Assembly: GCA_002633005.1 (NCBI GenBank)
Contig: NMRA01000669.1
Location: 78,396 to 142,395, forward strand
DNA length: 64,000 nucleotides
Direction of reading: 5' to 3'
From: Phoronis australis
Taxonomy: Eukaryota > Animalia > Phoronida
The notes beneath the pieces are model-generated. The model was not told the DNA's origin, ran no database searches, and worked only from the letters and a program-made list of their open reading frames with translations. The position numbers were made by a program, and so were the translations under genes. Each line of letters starts with the position of its first letter. Positions within the stretch are counted from its first letter, which is position 1. This document shows positions 10,709 through 25,051 of the stretch, piece by piece.

Positions 10709-12321
10709 GTTTCCATGCAGCAATCTTGAACATCAAGCCCAATCTAAAATTGAAGTCTGGCATGTTATGCAATGCGTACATGTAAATTTCGGAGATAAAG
10801 ACAAGATGACTCTTCAGAAACCAATACATTATGGCAGTTTTGTAGGGGCCGGGTAAGCCCGAGGTCTACTTTTTGTAGTAGACAGCCACCTGAAATGGCA
10901 TGGGCTGATTCAGCATTTTGATTCAGGGAAAAGCGCCAGGGCAGAGTATTTGTCAGGATTTTGCCCGTCAGACTGTCTCGCCCCCGAAATGCCAAATGGA
11001 ATTTGGTACAATTTTAGTGGGGGATGCTTGGCCCCTTGGTTCCCTTTAAATCCACCGCTGAATGGGACCCAGTACTGGCTATAAGTACAACAGTGAAGAG
11101 ACTTGATGGATCTGTGGTACCGCTAGTAAATATTATTTTGCAGATAAGTCAAATATTTACTAGAATAAACTTCGTACTATTTCTCTGTTAAGTTAATTAA
11201 GAGTGTTTGAAGATAGCTGGAAAATGTTGATTTTCGGAAACCCTAGAAACCCATGTTCTTCATGTTGGTCTTCGAAAACCACAGGTCCGCAAAGATGCGG
11301 GTCAGTTTCCAAATTGTATTTTCCGTAACAGTCACCTGAACGGTTTTCAATTGTTTCTGTAATAATGCATCTGTGCAATGTTTAGCAGTTTCCCAGGTGC
11401 CGGTTTTTGATAATTTGAATTCTGAGCGGTAGACCTACGTAGTATTTAACTGCACCCATGAAATAGTGTTAAAAAATGAAAAGTTTATTATGCCAAAGAA
11501 TTCAATCCAATACATTTCGCTTACACCGTACCCTTTTTTTGTTGTCCCACTTTTTCGTTCTTCCTTCCACCCCGCCCCACCATCAAAATGGCCTGTTTCA
11601 AACAGCACCAAAGGGTTGGCTGAGTGCCTGACTAAATTATCCACATCAACTGTGAAGGATCCATATTCTAAAATCTTTGTCTTCACAGGGTAGAAGTCTT
11701 TTGAGTCATTGACATTATTTCTCTTCTGGTTTTAAATAGTCATCTCTATAATATCTCTGATTTTTTCGAGTTTTGATACACTCTCTATAGTTTCTCAAAA
11801 TCAAAAGTAATTTTTAAATCTGCCAGGTACATGTATGCGGAATTATAAATATTGATAAGTTTAATTATTTATCTGTTGCTTCTGATGCTACCCTAAAGAA
11901 CTTATAAAGGGGTTTTTAATGATATGACTCTTGCAATTTAGTCGAAAAACGGCGGAATTGCGAAAACAAGAATTTTTGAAACGGGCAACGGTGATTCGCA
12001 GATAGATTCAACTAACTATTCTCAATCCACTGTCAAGCTCGCGTGTTATTCAGTTTCTCAAAACACAGAGCCGACCCCAAAAGCGAGTGCCGCGAACGAC
12101 GACTTTCGGTTTTTACTTACCACAACGTCACAAATTCCTCAGATTCGGCTAGAAACAAGACCTAACCAGAGTCTGAAGAACAACTGAACTGCCCTTCACT
12201 ACAGCTGTATTAGAGATCTGGATTGCCGGGTTAGAACGTTCGCACCCGTAGCACCCCCAGAATGCTACGCGACAGGGATAATTGTTAGGACAATATGTAA
12301 CCACGTATCATTCACGCCTTT

Positions 12322-12583
12322 CATGGGTGCACACAGGGGGATCGGGGGCTCCAGTTTAGCGAATTGTGCAAAAAGGTCCGCCTCAGCGAAACAAAAAGTC
12401 CGAGTAAACGAGACAATAGTCAAAAAAATCCACGGGAAGTCGGTACGAATGCACATTTCCTGTACCTGAACATACATGTAGTGGCCCCGGTTATTTTTTT
12501 TAATCCGCGTTGATTTTCCCCAGCAAAAGGTCCGCAAACCGAAATCTTCGAGCCTCCTATATTTTAGGCTGGGTGCGAGCATG
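12322..12583. mobile_element. MITE family B (CATGCGCGCACCC-type TIR)
   Basis: CATG...CATG TIRs, perfect 5-bp TSD ccttt, and an internal sequence shared with the 16266, 25052, 26253 and 32238 copies. Confidence 0.85.
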
Positions 12584-12964
12584 CCTTTTACACAAAATTG
12601 GCTAGAAGTGCTACATTACCTGCTTCAGGAACACGCCGGGTAATCTTTACACCGAGCTTGCGTCGAGGAAAAACCCAAGGTGGGTTTTCCCCGTCAAACA
12701 AAAGGGTGACTTGATTCAAAATTTATTTTGGTCCCTAGCCAAAATTAATAAACCCAGAAGACACCGTGTAAGAAAATTTCCTGCTATTGATTAAATCAGG
12801 TCACAGGTACACTGATACTTTAACAACCATACAGTAACCTATAGTTTTAGAAAAAGTCAAAATGAAAGTGAATGCTACATCCTGGTTCTCCCGGCGACTT
12901 CATAAAGTGTCCTTTTCGAGTTTGATTGACTAAGCACCAAACATACACGTGGGCAATTCCATTT

Positions 12965-13530
12965 GTGACGGACGTATATTCAGAGAAAATTTTGATCAGT
13001 TGTGAAAAAAGTGTTAATGATAGTAAAGCAATTAATACATCAGGTCTCATTGTTGGCTTTCAAAGCGTGTATCAACTTTTTCCCTATCCCTGTTTGACTG
13101 AGAAAATTGCTTTTAAAGGGGTGTGACGGACGTACAAAAAATATAAAAAAATAATTGCAGGCGGTCTGATACACGTTGTACCAGACGTGCGCAGGCCTCG
13201 CATGTGGGCCCATTGCACTGATCACCTGGAAATATTTTTATGCTTTATTAATATATGGTTAAAACCGAGCTGAGGAGCTAGAAACCTGGCTCAAGGGTTT
13301 AGCAGTGTGACCTGGTGGGACGGACGTACGCAGAGAATTTGAATTTAAAAAAATTGACGTGAATTTTCTGTGAGTTGCATTAAGTTACAATTTTTTGTTT
13401 TATTTGATGATTTAGTGGAAAGTTTGCAAAGTACAACAGACTATTTTTTGATGATATCTTCTTAGAAATTTTTGCCAGAGAGCTCGATGTAAGTTGAGTT
13501 AGTGTGACGGACGTGCGTGACGGACGTACG
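12965..13530. repeat. Interspersed repeat fragment with 5 copies of GTGACGGACGTA
   Basis: Motif at 12965, 13123, 13317 (variant), 13504 (variant) and 13517. The stretch 13145-13231 recurs inverted at 42469-42560. Confidence 0.65.
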
Positions 13531-16265
13531 CTCTGTGTTTCTAGTATTAAATTGTTTATTGTGACTAAGATATCAATTCAGAATGATTCAAACTTTTGTA
13601 GTATTTAAGCTATATCAATGTTTTTAACTAAAATGTACCGATTGACATTTTGCACGAAATCATCATGCTAGGAATACACTATAGGCTTTTGACTTTTCAA
13701 TACATTTGCTTAAATTTATAAAACAATCACCTAAAACCTTCACTTCCTTTTGAAGAGGGTAAGCATTATCGATGGGAATAAGAGTGATAATCATTATGGA
13801 TTCGAGACCTGTTAGTTTTCAGAAAAACCTGTATTTATGCGTTAAATAAAATGCTATTTCGAAACTAATAAGTAAATGTGACTGTCAAAATATAAAATGT
13901 GAAGAAAGTTTAAAACATTACTAATCCCTCCATAAAAACCTATTTTGATTAATTGTTTTTTAAATTAGAGCCCGCCCTAAGCTTATAATGTTTTAAACTA
14001 TTAGTAACAGGAGACTGGGCTTTCAGATGAGTTCAGAAATGTTAGTATAGCCACAATTTAATTTTTTGTCTAAGTTTTCGATGTCTGATTTTGTAGATTC
14101 GGTTAGTGTTCGCATGCCGTCCGATAACTTGACAGGGCAGATCGGATGTCAGAACTGCCTTCTTGTCGTCTGAACCCACATCAGATAAAACACTTACCTT
14201 CTCACCACGATAAGTCTACATTCTACATGTAACTACGACCATTCGATACCAATTTCGTCTATTTCCGTGAGACGTCATACGGAAAATGCCGAATATTGAC
14301 TATTATATCGATCGAGCGTGATACTAACGAAAATTAGGTCTGTATGATGGTAATTAATATGGTGGGATGCACCAACTAACTAACCGACAACGGTTCTCCG
14401 CGGTCCAAATTTCAGATTTCACCACATTTGGCACTCTTAATCATTGCCAACTCCGCCCCATCCCCCCAATAAGGTTAACTTTGCTGTTTTGAGGACAACC
14501 CCAGGTGAGGCAGCCATCAGAATCTTAGGTATCCGCGTTTTTACCTGTTGTACTGAACAATTTTACGTGCGTTACCTATAAAGGTTATGTAGGATCGTAG
14601 AAAAATATACAATTTTGGCCAAGTTGGGAACATCGTATCCCCGAAATGGCAGATCAGATTCGCATGAAACTTTCAAATGCTAAGCTTTATTCGCGGGGCT
14701 TAATGCGCGCTTAATGATTTGTTTTTAAATCTTCCAGTTTTGCGTGACGCCAATGAACTTTCCAGGTTACCAGAACAAAACAATCTTAAGGTGTTGAGGC
14801 GTCACACGGCAACAAAATATTGGCGTACGTAGAGCATGTTTTGAGTTAACTGAAGATTTTTAAGATGCAAAACTCTTTGGAATCCGCAATTCGCTGTATG
14901 GTATCATGCACACAGCTAGTTAAAGGGAACGCACGGAACATGCTACGGGAAATTACGGGCTTTTTCTAAAACAATTTTCAGATTTTGTCCGTGTTAACGT
15001 GCATGTTAAGGTTTATAAGTTGCACCTCGGTTCCAATTTTTTTTCAGAAACCACTGTTTACGCCGATTGGCAGTACATGTGCTTCGAGCACCTTAAAATC
15101 CGTTAAATATGTATACTGAACACTGACATCAAAAATCACACCTTGGCATCCAGATCGACATGTACAGTACAGGAAACAAATATCTCTTCTTCAGCTATGC
15201 GTTCCTCAAAAGAAATACTCTTATTGGGTGTCTTTTGCGAAAAGCGTTTGTCGAGAATGTTGCCTTTGTATAATTTTCCAATATTGGTCTTCAAGTTTTT
15301 TCAAACTCCTGAAACTTCAATGCATCCTGTGTTGTTCTTGTTTTTGTAATAAGGTCTCACATGTTTATTGTTTGGGCTGCATGCCTTGATGCAGCTGTGC
15401 TTTACAAGTCTTTTGTGTTTTCACCAGTTTGAAATTCCATTTGTTCGTCCCTCACGGGTACAATGTCTGATTAATAAGGGCCAAAGGAGCATTTATCCCT
15501 GGGCGCTCTTCCATCAGAAAACCGACGTAACCTGTATGAAAGGTGGTCTTGAATTATGAAAATTTATAGTATTAATTACAGAAAAGAGTGAATGTTCATT
15601 CCACGATGAGCTGACCCTCCAAAAAGTGACCTTCCTTAACACAAAACGTTGTACAATTTCACAATGGGATGGGACTCTACTCCGTGAATGGGCCCTGAAC
15701 GAGGATATCAATATAAAGCAGGAAAAGAGCTGGAAGCCAACAGCAGCCCNCCCCCCCAAATATGAAATGGCATACGATTGCAATTCAGGTAATAAGCCGC
15801 AATTTTAATTAAAATGCGTCAATTTATGTCAACTACCTGGTATATAATTTCAAAATGGAACAAAAAGATAACAAACAACTCTAACACCCCTTGCCAGTTA
15901 GGTTTCCCCGGAGAAATGCAATGCCTTCTTGTACATGTATGTAAAATTGGAACAAACTTACACTTGAAAATCTGTTTCGTTGTCAATGTATTTTTCTCTT
16001 CTCCGCTGCCTCCGGTCCCTAGGACTATGCAGGCTCCCGGTTTAACCTAACTCCTTCATATTATCCATGTGGAGAATTTCTCGCTTACACTGGTCATCGC
16101 TCTGGTTCCCTAAGCCCCAGACAACTGTTACGGTGGCATTCAACACCCCCTTTGTATTGATGTAGATCTGANATCTGAGCGCCCCCCCCCCCTTCGGTTT
16201 CAAGAGCCCTGAATGACGTGTTTGTAGTTCGACTCTTCATTGACGCACGGTGATTGTACTTAATA

Positions 16266-16492
16266 CATGCGCGCACCCGGGGGACTAGGGGGGCTCGAAC
16301 GAGTCCCCCATTTGGCGAAGTGGGCAAAAATGTCCGCCTCAGAGAAACAAAAAGTCCGAGAAAACGAGACAAAAGTCCACTAAAATTCACAGTCCTGAGC
16401 GGGGCACATGTACCCCGTTCTTTTTAGTCCCCCGCGTTTTTTGTTAGCAAAAATGAAAAAAGCCAGAAATTCGAGCCCCCATATCAAAGGCT
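16266..16492. mobile_element. MITE family B copy, one end truncated
   Basis: Starts catgcgcgcacccggggg and shares gtccgcctcag.gaaacaaaaagtccgag with 12322-12583. Confidence 0.75.
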
Positions 16493-18117
16493 GTAATTGA
16501 CACCTTATTAAAATCATTCTCAGCAATTATGTTGTGCTATCGTTAAAACGCACTAAATCGGAAGAATAGTCCGGTCATAGTCGTATGCATGTGTTGATGG
16601 TGGGTTTGTTCCACTTTTTGTACAGCAACAGTTCCCAAAGAAATTTGGAATGCGCTAACTTCACAGTTGTTACGAAATATTGGGTTCTAAAAAGACTCCT
16701 GTTCTTTTCGTCACCAGATCCTGCATAAACCTAACGTTTACTTTGATTGCATGACTTTGTATCGATTTCCACAGGCTTGGTATTTATTGCAACATGCTGT
16801 GTCTATAACCAAGGACAGTGGCGAAATGATAACAACTTGCCCGTAACCGGCAAATATTGCAGTTTTCTTAATAATGAACAGACAAACATTACGAAATAGT
16901 CCCAAATCTTACAATACCCGACGATATCTAGTTCGATCCCTGTGAAACAAGTTCGTGAAGTACTAATTGAACTTTCATAGTTGAAAGTTAAAATGTGAAA
17001 TTCTCTATTCACTATTTGCACGAATTAGTCATTATGCTTGAGAACGAGGTGTGTCTAAACTATAGTGGTTCTGCATGTTTGGAACACGCGCGCTTTCACG
17101 TTAACGTTAAAACTGATGCATAGTGTCCTTAACAACAGTGCACAACAATCATTTTATTTTTATAGCGACACCAAAGTGTGCAAGTAGTGAATAATTCCTT
17201 AAACAGTGTTAATCCGTTAACAGAGCTTTCGAAAATTAAGTGTAAATTCGCTTGAACCATGCAGTGTCGTAGTCAATTTCAAATTCGAATAAGGGGCGCA
17301 GATAGAGTACAACTGTCACGTTTTCCAGGAAACACTAGATTTCATGCAAGGCAACATCATCGATAGCGAACTCAATACAATACAATGCAAAACAATAAAG
17401 TAGCACGCAGAATAAAAACGCATGGTATTAATGACGTAAACGGAAAATGCTTCAGACAAATATGATTATAAAATGATGTTGAGGAGATAACATAAACGGC
17501 ACTACGACCACAGTTTACCTAAATGTGTCTGATACATGTAAAAAGACACCGATTTCTTCACCACGTAAGGCCAAAAAGGATAAATTGGTTGTGGTCGGTA
17601 TTGTTCTGTTTTTTGAAACCGATGCGGCGATATGGTTTTTTTAATTGTTTAATCTCCAAATATGATATGAACAAAATTGGTGCGTTTTTGTCGCGGATGG
17701 CACAACTTGTCTTTAGTCAATGGAAGCCAGTACGTGGGTGATTGTAGCCGACTAGTCGTTTGTATGCGCATGTGCGGGTTTTGAAAAAAATCGAGAAAAT
17801 GTCTAAGAATGATGCTAAGTACATGGTAAGCAGAGAAGCACATGTTTACAAACACTGTGCATTTACTTCCACTGTAAAATTAACATTCCAAGTTCAAAGT
17901 CTGACTTCCTGGTATTGCACAAAAATAATGACGTCATTATCGTGAACCTTGGGATTGTTGGTTCATCTGTATAATACGGCGCAGTAATAGCACAGAGAGT
18001 AAAGAACCCAGCACTTTAACATCTGGTAAGTTAGTCGAACTTACGATGACACTTGAGTTAAAAACCTGAAATCAATTTCTTTCAACGGACTTAAATAAAT
18101 TGAATTTTTTATCTTAA

Positions 18118-18334
18118 AATTGACTAAAAAGATCCCTGGTTTTCCTACATTCGAAATATCATATCTGATAATTGACTAAAAAGATCCCTAGTTTTCCTAT
18201 ATTCGAAATATCATATCTGATAATTGACTAAAAAGATCCCTGGTTTTCCTATATTCGAAACATCATATCTGATAATTGACTAAAAGATCCCTGGTTTTCC
18301 TATATTCGAAACATCATATCTGATAATTGACTAA
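18118..18334. repeat. 52-bp tandem repeat, ~4.2 copies
   Basis: Unit aattgactaaaaagatccctggttttcctatattcgaaatatcatatctgat, head to tail, with no spacers. Confidence 0.95.
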
Positions 18335-21015
18335 GCGGACCCATACTAACTTCCAGATACTATGTTTTCTGAATTAGTCTCTAAACATTTTTACATGTAC
18401 AAATTGTTTCGAAAAATTTCACCTCTTCGTCAAAAACTAAGTACGTATATGATATTCATAAAAACCATCAAAAATCGTATAAAATAAAAAAATGATTATT
18501 CATAAAACTGGAACAGCCTTTTTGAGATCATATTTTCAACATCTACACCTGTATATCAAATGAAATTTGATCATGCTACTGACAGCTTCATTTTTTAATT
18601 TAAATAAAAAGACATGGTCACGTGATCCACCAGGGCAGTCCCGAATTACAGAGAGACATTCCAATGTCGTTGTATTTACCCAGTATTCTGCTATATCCGT
18701 CAAACACCTGTGTAGCCTCACAGCTTATTGTACTGTTTACAATTTTTCCCAGCTGCACTAGTGTATACGTCCATGACAATTTTATTGAAAAAAATAAGAA
18801 TAGATTATGTTTCGTGCGTTCTGGAATTAAGCGAGTGTTATACCTTCTAATAAACCTTAGGAACATTAACCGAAACACTATTGTAAAAGTATTCACCGAA
18901 CCCTTTCTGCAGCTTGACTGTGTCCTCAAGGTACATGTACAGTACATGTACACGCAGTAATACGCAATCAAAAAACGCCCTTGTCGTAATATCACAGATT
19001 CGTACACGAATGAAACGTACAAATCTGAGGGGTTGTGCAGAAATGCAGTTGGTATTGCATAAAACTATTCGCTGGATAAGTTGAAAATTAACCTCGGGAT
19101 TCTTGTTGTTGAATATTGGAATAGATTTCTTGGAGTTATTAGCTTTAACTAGAGATAAAAAGACAACAAAATCTGATATGCTTCCAATTCTTGAGCATGC
19201 ACAGAACGAAACTGAAACTGCGTTTTGGGGATTCCACCTTAAATACCTGTACATGTACTTATAGTAAACACGGTTTGTCTATGCTGTCAATAGAGTTGTT
19301 TTGTTATGAATGTGCCTTTCTTTTTTGCCTATCTTCACCAAAAAGACACGGTTAAGTGGCCCAAATAAAAATATATAAGTATAAAGTCAAAAATCAAATT
19401 CGACATTCTTTCTGTTTTCAGAAAGAATATAGTTTTTCGTAAGTAAGTTCAATAATTTTGTTGATGTTTGGCTGAATTCACGGATTTCGTGATAAAGTGA
19501 CTTGTTCAACAGCAGCAATGCAATGTGTGATTGCGATGGCGGTGTTGCTATCCCATGCCATAAATGGTAGGCAATCGAGTCCTATTTTCTTGGAAATCTT
19601 ACAATTAATAAACATGACGGCATTCGTCTTCGCCGCGCAACGTAAAGCTTAATATGTTTTCATAAGCTGCGTTCGATCCGAATATCGTGCAATACGTTGC
19701 CCGTCATTACCGTGTTACTTTCGTATCAAAACTGAACAACAACATAGCATATTTCTATGAAATTGACATGAGCACTGCATGTACATCAAGCATAATTTTA
19801 GTTTCACAAACGAATTTATTTTCATTTCAGGAAACAAGTTGACTGTTATTGTGAGGCGAGCTACAACGAGCATGTTACCCTCGACGTGAAGGTACATCCT
19901 ACAATGTACCAAGGTTTTGAAATACACACGTCTACTTTTAGACGAATGTACGTTAATTGTGTTTGACTTCTGTTTTGTAGTCTTGGTCCTAAGTTCACCT
20001 GCATCTTCAGTTCATGATCTCCAGTTTAATGTGACATTGAAAAACATTGAGACAGTTAAAATATTGTACACGTACTATATTGTGATTTTCTCAACGTGTC
20101 ATTAACTTCTCTTCAACTACGCACTGCAGTGATTTAAACAGGAAATCAACAGCACTATTATAGCAGTTCCATTATAACGTTAATCTTTTATCACACATAA
20201 CTCAAAATTGATCATACAAAATATATAAAATATTGCTTTAGGGAAATCAACATTAGAATCCATAGAACATTTCCTATGACTTACTTTCGGAATGTAATAT
20301 AAATCATCACTGAATCCTAGATAATGTATTTAGGACTTATTGATCGTCCTTTGCGACATGCAGCAGTTTTACTCCTATTTTTGAAAGCGTCGACGAGTTA
20401 AATCTCTGAAAGACTCCTCGTGGGGATACAGTTCAACTGAAAAATAATCAAACGCATTCAGCTTTGTTTGTTAGGATAAATCTCTTTTAAATATCATAAA
20501 AATATGAAATGTAATTAATAATCAACCCATTAACTAATTTAGGCTCAGCGTTATTCTAAAATTATTGACATAATAACGTAACTTGAACGACTATTCAGGC
20601 CAATGCAGAGAAAAAGATGTGCGTTCACGATCGCTTTTTTGCGTTCACGATCGCCATATAGAATTAACGACTTTGCTCCCGATCGCCGTCTCACACAAGG
20701 ACCTGCTTGTATTGGTAAATATCTTGAATTGTTTCACAAATCATAACTAACAAAGGTGTCACCTGGGACGAATAAACTATAAACGTCACACTTCTCTACT
20801 TAAGAATCCTAATAACAAGTAGAAAATGTCAATTTTACGAGGCGCAAGGCATTTTACCGAAAGCCATTGCTTTCTAAGCTCTTTATTTCAAAAAGTAAGC
20901 AAAAGCCCAGTATTATTTCAGATCCACAACAAAGGCTACACTCTGACGCTTTTCTGTATTTAGCCTTCATACCACAGTAGCCTCTATTTAAGCAGAAAAT
21001 GACACTTAAACTCAC

Positions 21016-21325
21016 CGGGTACGTCACTGTCGTCTGCCATTTTTGGTGGAATCTCGCACTCGATCGCCTTCCTGGCGTTCTCGACCGCGGTGTGCATGTA
21101 GTTGTTGTAATCGCTGGTGTCCTCTTTTATGTCGACTCTCAGCACTTTCGTGATATGCACCCATGACTCTTAGGTTGAACTGTAATTCACTGTCGTGATC
21201 TTCACACAACTGCTTAAGTTCCTTACTTTCTTGTCTAAGTTCCATATTTTCTTGTTTAAGTTCCATATTTTCTTGCCTAAGTTCCATATTTTCTTGCTCT
21301 GTCTTGTGTGACTGTCCTACCAGTT
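21016..21325 (-). pseudogene. Candidate coiled-coil exon with heptad repeat and apparent 2-bp deletion (gene B)
   Basis: tttcag acceptor and CCG/gtgagt donor. The first half is open in one frame (QENMEL x3). The second half reaches the donor only in the shifted frame (ESWVHITKVLRVDIKED...DVP). Confidence 0.4.
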
Positions 21326-22719
21326 CTGAAAGTGAATAAGTCACCTTCAATTAGGCTACCTTTAGCTTAATAAAAGTATTCTTATAGGCGTAAAGTTAAA
21401 ACTGTTTATGTGAGGAAGATGACACTGTCTTTGCATCGGTTCTCACAATCTACACTTAGTTATAATAAAGTGCAAAGCTGTTCGGGAACTGTCTCTGAAT
21501 TATACATGTATGACCAGCCAGAATTTGAAAGGAGAACGATCTTTAAGCATCTTCGGTCCAGTGAGACAGTCCGACATGTTGACCACACCGCAACCTCATG
21601 AAATCCTAGGAATCAATGCATCAACAGATTCAGCTTGAACCAGCTTATCCCATCCTTACTATCCCAATCAAAGAAAAAAAAAACGCCGTCTGCACGCCGT
21701 TGTCAAATTGGCTACGTGGACATTAAGTTTTACTCGAAAATTCTAAAATTTTTCACCCTCTTACGACACCCTGGATCCGATAATGCTATGTACGGACATA
21801 CATGTATTGGTTCCTAATTATAGAGAACATGTTCCTTTGCTTAGGTTGCACCACAACGGAGGTTGTTTGAGATAAAGTCAAGCATTTTAAAAACCACGTA
21901 ACTGAAGTTCGACCTTGCCAAGATAAGAACAATCCCAAGCGAACATTTGAAGGCACAGAATATTTGATGTGTTTTGGATGTTCACTTCGTCTAGATTGGC
22001 CTACTGTATGGTTATATTTCAGGGTTAGCTACGAAGTTACCCACTAAGTGAGTTGAAGTGTTCCGATACCGGCGTTATCGTTTTCTTAAGCGCATTGCAT
22101 ATGCTCGCCGACCTGTTTGTATTTGTTTAGCTATAGACAGGACCCCACCTGTCTTCCTTCGAGTCGTCGTGGGTGCTTTGGGTTGATTTTGGTGTTGCCA
22201 TTGTCGTTAAAAGTAAAAGCGTTCCCTTCAAGATTCGAACTGTCGATTTAGATTAAGACCTGCACGTAGAATGACAAGTCATCTTGTAGCAATAGCGAAC
22301 CGTCACTTCTTTCGAAGCTTAAGTTACCTCAAATTTTGTTAAGGAACACTTTGACTTAAAGATGGGAACGATAAACAGCAAGGAAGAGGTTGTGACGAGA
22401 AGCTAGGGTGGACATTCTTTTTTCAGAGTGGAATCTCAGACAGCGTTAAAGAATGTCATTCTCATGTAGTGTGTCAAACGAGAAGATTTCATCCACTGAA
22501 ACTAATCCTTCTAATGACACAAAAATAAGTGAATGGATTAGCTATTTTCCATTTCTCCGTGGATTTTCCATTATGTGTCCATATTTCCCTTAGGTGGTCT
22601 ATAATCACACTTTTCAACGTGTGGGGATCGTTATTGTCAGTATTTCTGTTGGCTACAGAATTTGAACAAAACAACCTCCACTGTCAAACGTAAATGTGGC
22701 TTCTGCCATGTCGACGTAC

Positions 22720-22794
22720 CTGCAATTTGTTTTTCATATTCTTCCAATTGTCCATAGAGAGATCGTATATCTTCCTCCGATTTCTGCAGCCAAG
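22720..22794 (-). CDS. Candidate coiled-coil exon (WLQKSEEDIRSLYGQLEEYEKQIA), gene B
   Basis: acgcag acceptor and CAG/gtacgt donor; 75 bp, phase 1-1; joins in frame to 21325. Confidence 0.4.
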
Positions 22795-23029
22795 CTGCGT
22801 AATCTACATGTATCTCGTTGACCTTTAAAAAATAATAGGCTACATGAGGCCAAAAAAGTAAAGTTGGTGGGGTTTATCGCGACTCATTTTGAGACCTGCT
22901 CTCACCAACTAAAAAAATCCCCGCCCGTCCTCATCAATGTCGGTCTCGTGCTTTTGTTTTGCAAAGCTGAGCAGAACCAGATAAGCAAGGTTTGAAACCC
23001 ATTGCTTGACCTGCCAAGTTCAGAGTAAA

Positions 23030-23190
23030 TTAAGACAAACAAAAGAACTAGAAAAGGACCATCTATGACTTTTTGACCTGACAGGGTCCCTGTTTACAAA
23101 ATGGCCCATGCATGATTCACAAAATTTGTCAAATAATAGTTTAAAAATTGTTACAGCATTAGCTTGTAAAAGTCCACTATCCTTTCTAGA
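23030..23190 (-). mobile_element. Possible CR1/L2-type LINE 3' remnant
   Basis: Translates ...LQANAVTIFKLLFDKF, resembling the CR1 ORF2 C-terminus, followed by a short tail. Very degenerate. Confidence 0.25.
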
Positions 23191-25051
23191 ACCAGTGACG
23201 TGAGGTGAAGTCACTTTAGAGCGGCTAATTGGTTTCTCAATTTTGGCGTAAATTTTGTTCACATAACACGTGAACATGTTTACGTATTCAGAAACCAATT
23301 ATAATGTATTAATTATCTATCATCGTTCCACCTCCTTAAATGCGTTTTGATCAGTTTGACATACGCGTATTTCACTAGTACCATAAAAAGGTTCTATTAG
23401 TCGATTTCTATTAAAACAAATTCGTAGAACATTCCGCAAACGAATGTGATGCAAAGAGAAAGCTCAACTATTCTCATAGCAATATGATGTGTTCTCCACC
23501 CTTTCTTGCAATCTGATAATTGTTCAATTGCAGAGACGCCCTGAACAATTTGCAGCCCAACGACAAAACAATTGAGCACTTGACTTAAACGATGACGCGA
23601 AAACCCAGTATTAGTAAAACTAACACAACATCGATTCATACTAAGCGTTCAGCTGCATAACTAGGCCAAAATAACCAAACAACGTATTTATAGTATAGCT
23701 AAAGTTGTCCGGACACGAGTACTTAGCTGAAAAGTGTCCAGTTTAAAACTGAAACACATGAAAAAGACCAGACTGTTATCTATCTGTCTGGGCAGAAATG
23801 TTCATTGGCAGAGAAACTGAAGACTATTTCAATGAAGTAACTCTTCAGCTTCATGCAAACGTAAACAAATTTGGGAAAGACAGGGAGACTTTAACATGAT
23901 CCGAAAATTGTTCTTTGGAGAGAACTGAGCTCAGAACAGCTGAGTACACTTAACGAGCACGGGCCATGAACAACCAATTTTGCATAAATACTGAATCAAA
24001 ACAAATAATGGTAAACAGGTGAACAATAGTCATTTACAGGGGTCCCGCACTTTTAACCAAAAGGACATAATCTGCTTTACGACCGAGAAACACAGCTTTG
24101 GGATCATTTTTGGATGAGATGTAGTCTTCTTACAGTTGTTAGCTTTGACCAGAGTTATGAGACAACGTCAGTTATGTTTTGTGAATTCTCGCCCTTGTCT
24201 GCCAGACAATCTCTGAAATCAAAGTCAGTAGCATGAAGAGTTAAACAACGCTTTCATACTCTGCCAACTGTTGAACTCCGCCAGCAAGGCGTTGAAATGC
24301 AATCGCCCAGGTTGAGTTCGATTCCGAGTCAGGATGATCTGGAAAAACTTTTCTCGTCTATAGTATTATGTTAACACAGCGTGAATAACGTCAACTACGT
24401 TGAAGAGCGAGACCTGAAGCAGTGGTCGCACGCGTGGTATAGCTCTCAACAAGTAGGACGGTCCCTCCAAAATCGAAGCAGTTGAAAACTACACCTGCAT
24501 GCATTGAGACAGGGGCAACGTTGCTCTCCCGAGGTCCATATGTAAGTAGCTTACCTCAGAGATCGATCCATATTTGTACTATATGGCGGGCCACTGGTGC
24601 TTTTCCAATGATTTTTGTTCCTTATTAGAATAGCATGTTCTACTGCTAATGGTTCGCATCATCTGCTCGTTTTGCTTTCCTGGTCATAGGTTATTCCGGC
24701 TTGCAGTTTGTCGGGTCCTTGACGTCACTACCGAGTCCTCTGCAGGGTTGAATGTAAAGGGATATTGCCCAACCGGGCAACATCACCTCATACATGAAGT
24801 CATTGTACCGCGTTTTAGCCAATCATACGGCATGTGTCCTGATATAAACCTCGACATCGGACCAATCTCCACAAACAGTCCTTTTGCCGAAAAATATCAA
24901 AAAACCATGATGGACATGCCAAGAAGTCTTCAGGTTGACGTGGATAGACTGCTTCTACTTCAGGTTCAAAACAGGTCAAATTGAACTAGCAACTGGTGGA
25001 CTACTCTTTTGACACGAACTTAAAAGACTGGAACATATATATAAACATCCA

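Noticed and set aside
18118-18334. CRISPR-like array
   Set aside because: Units are head-to-tail with no unique spacers, there are no cas genes and the context is eukaryotic. It is a plain tandem repeat.
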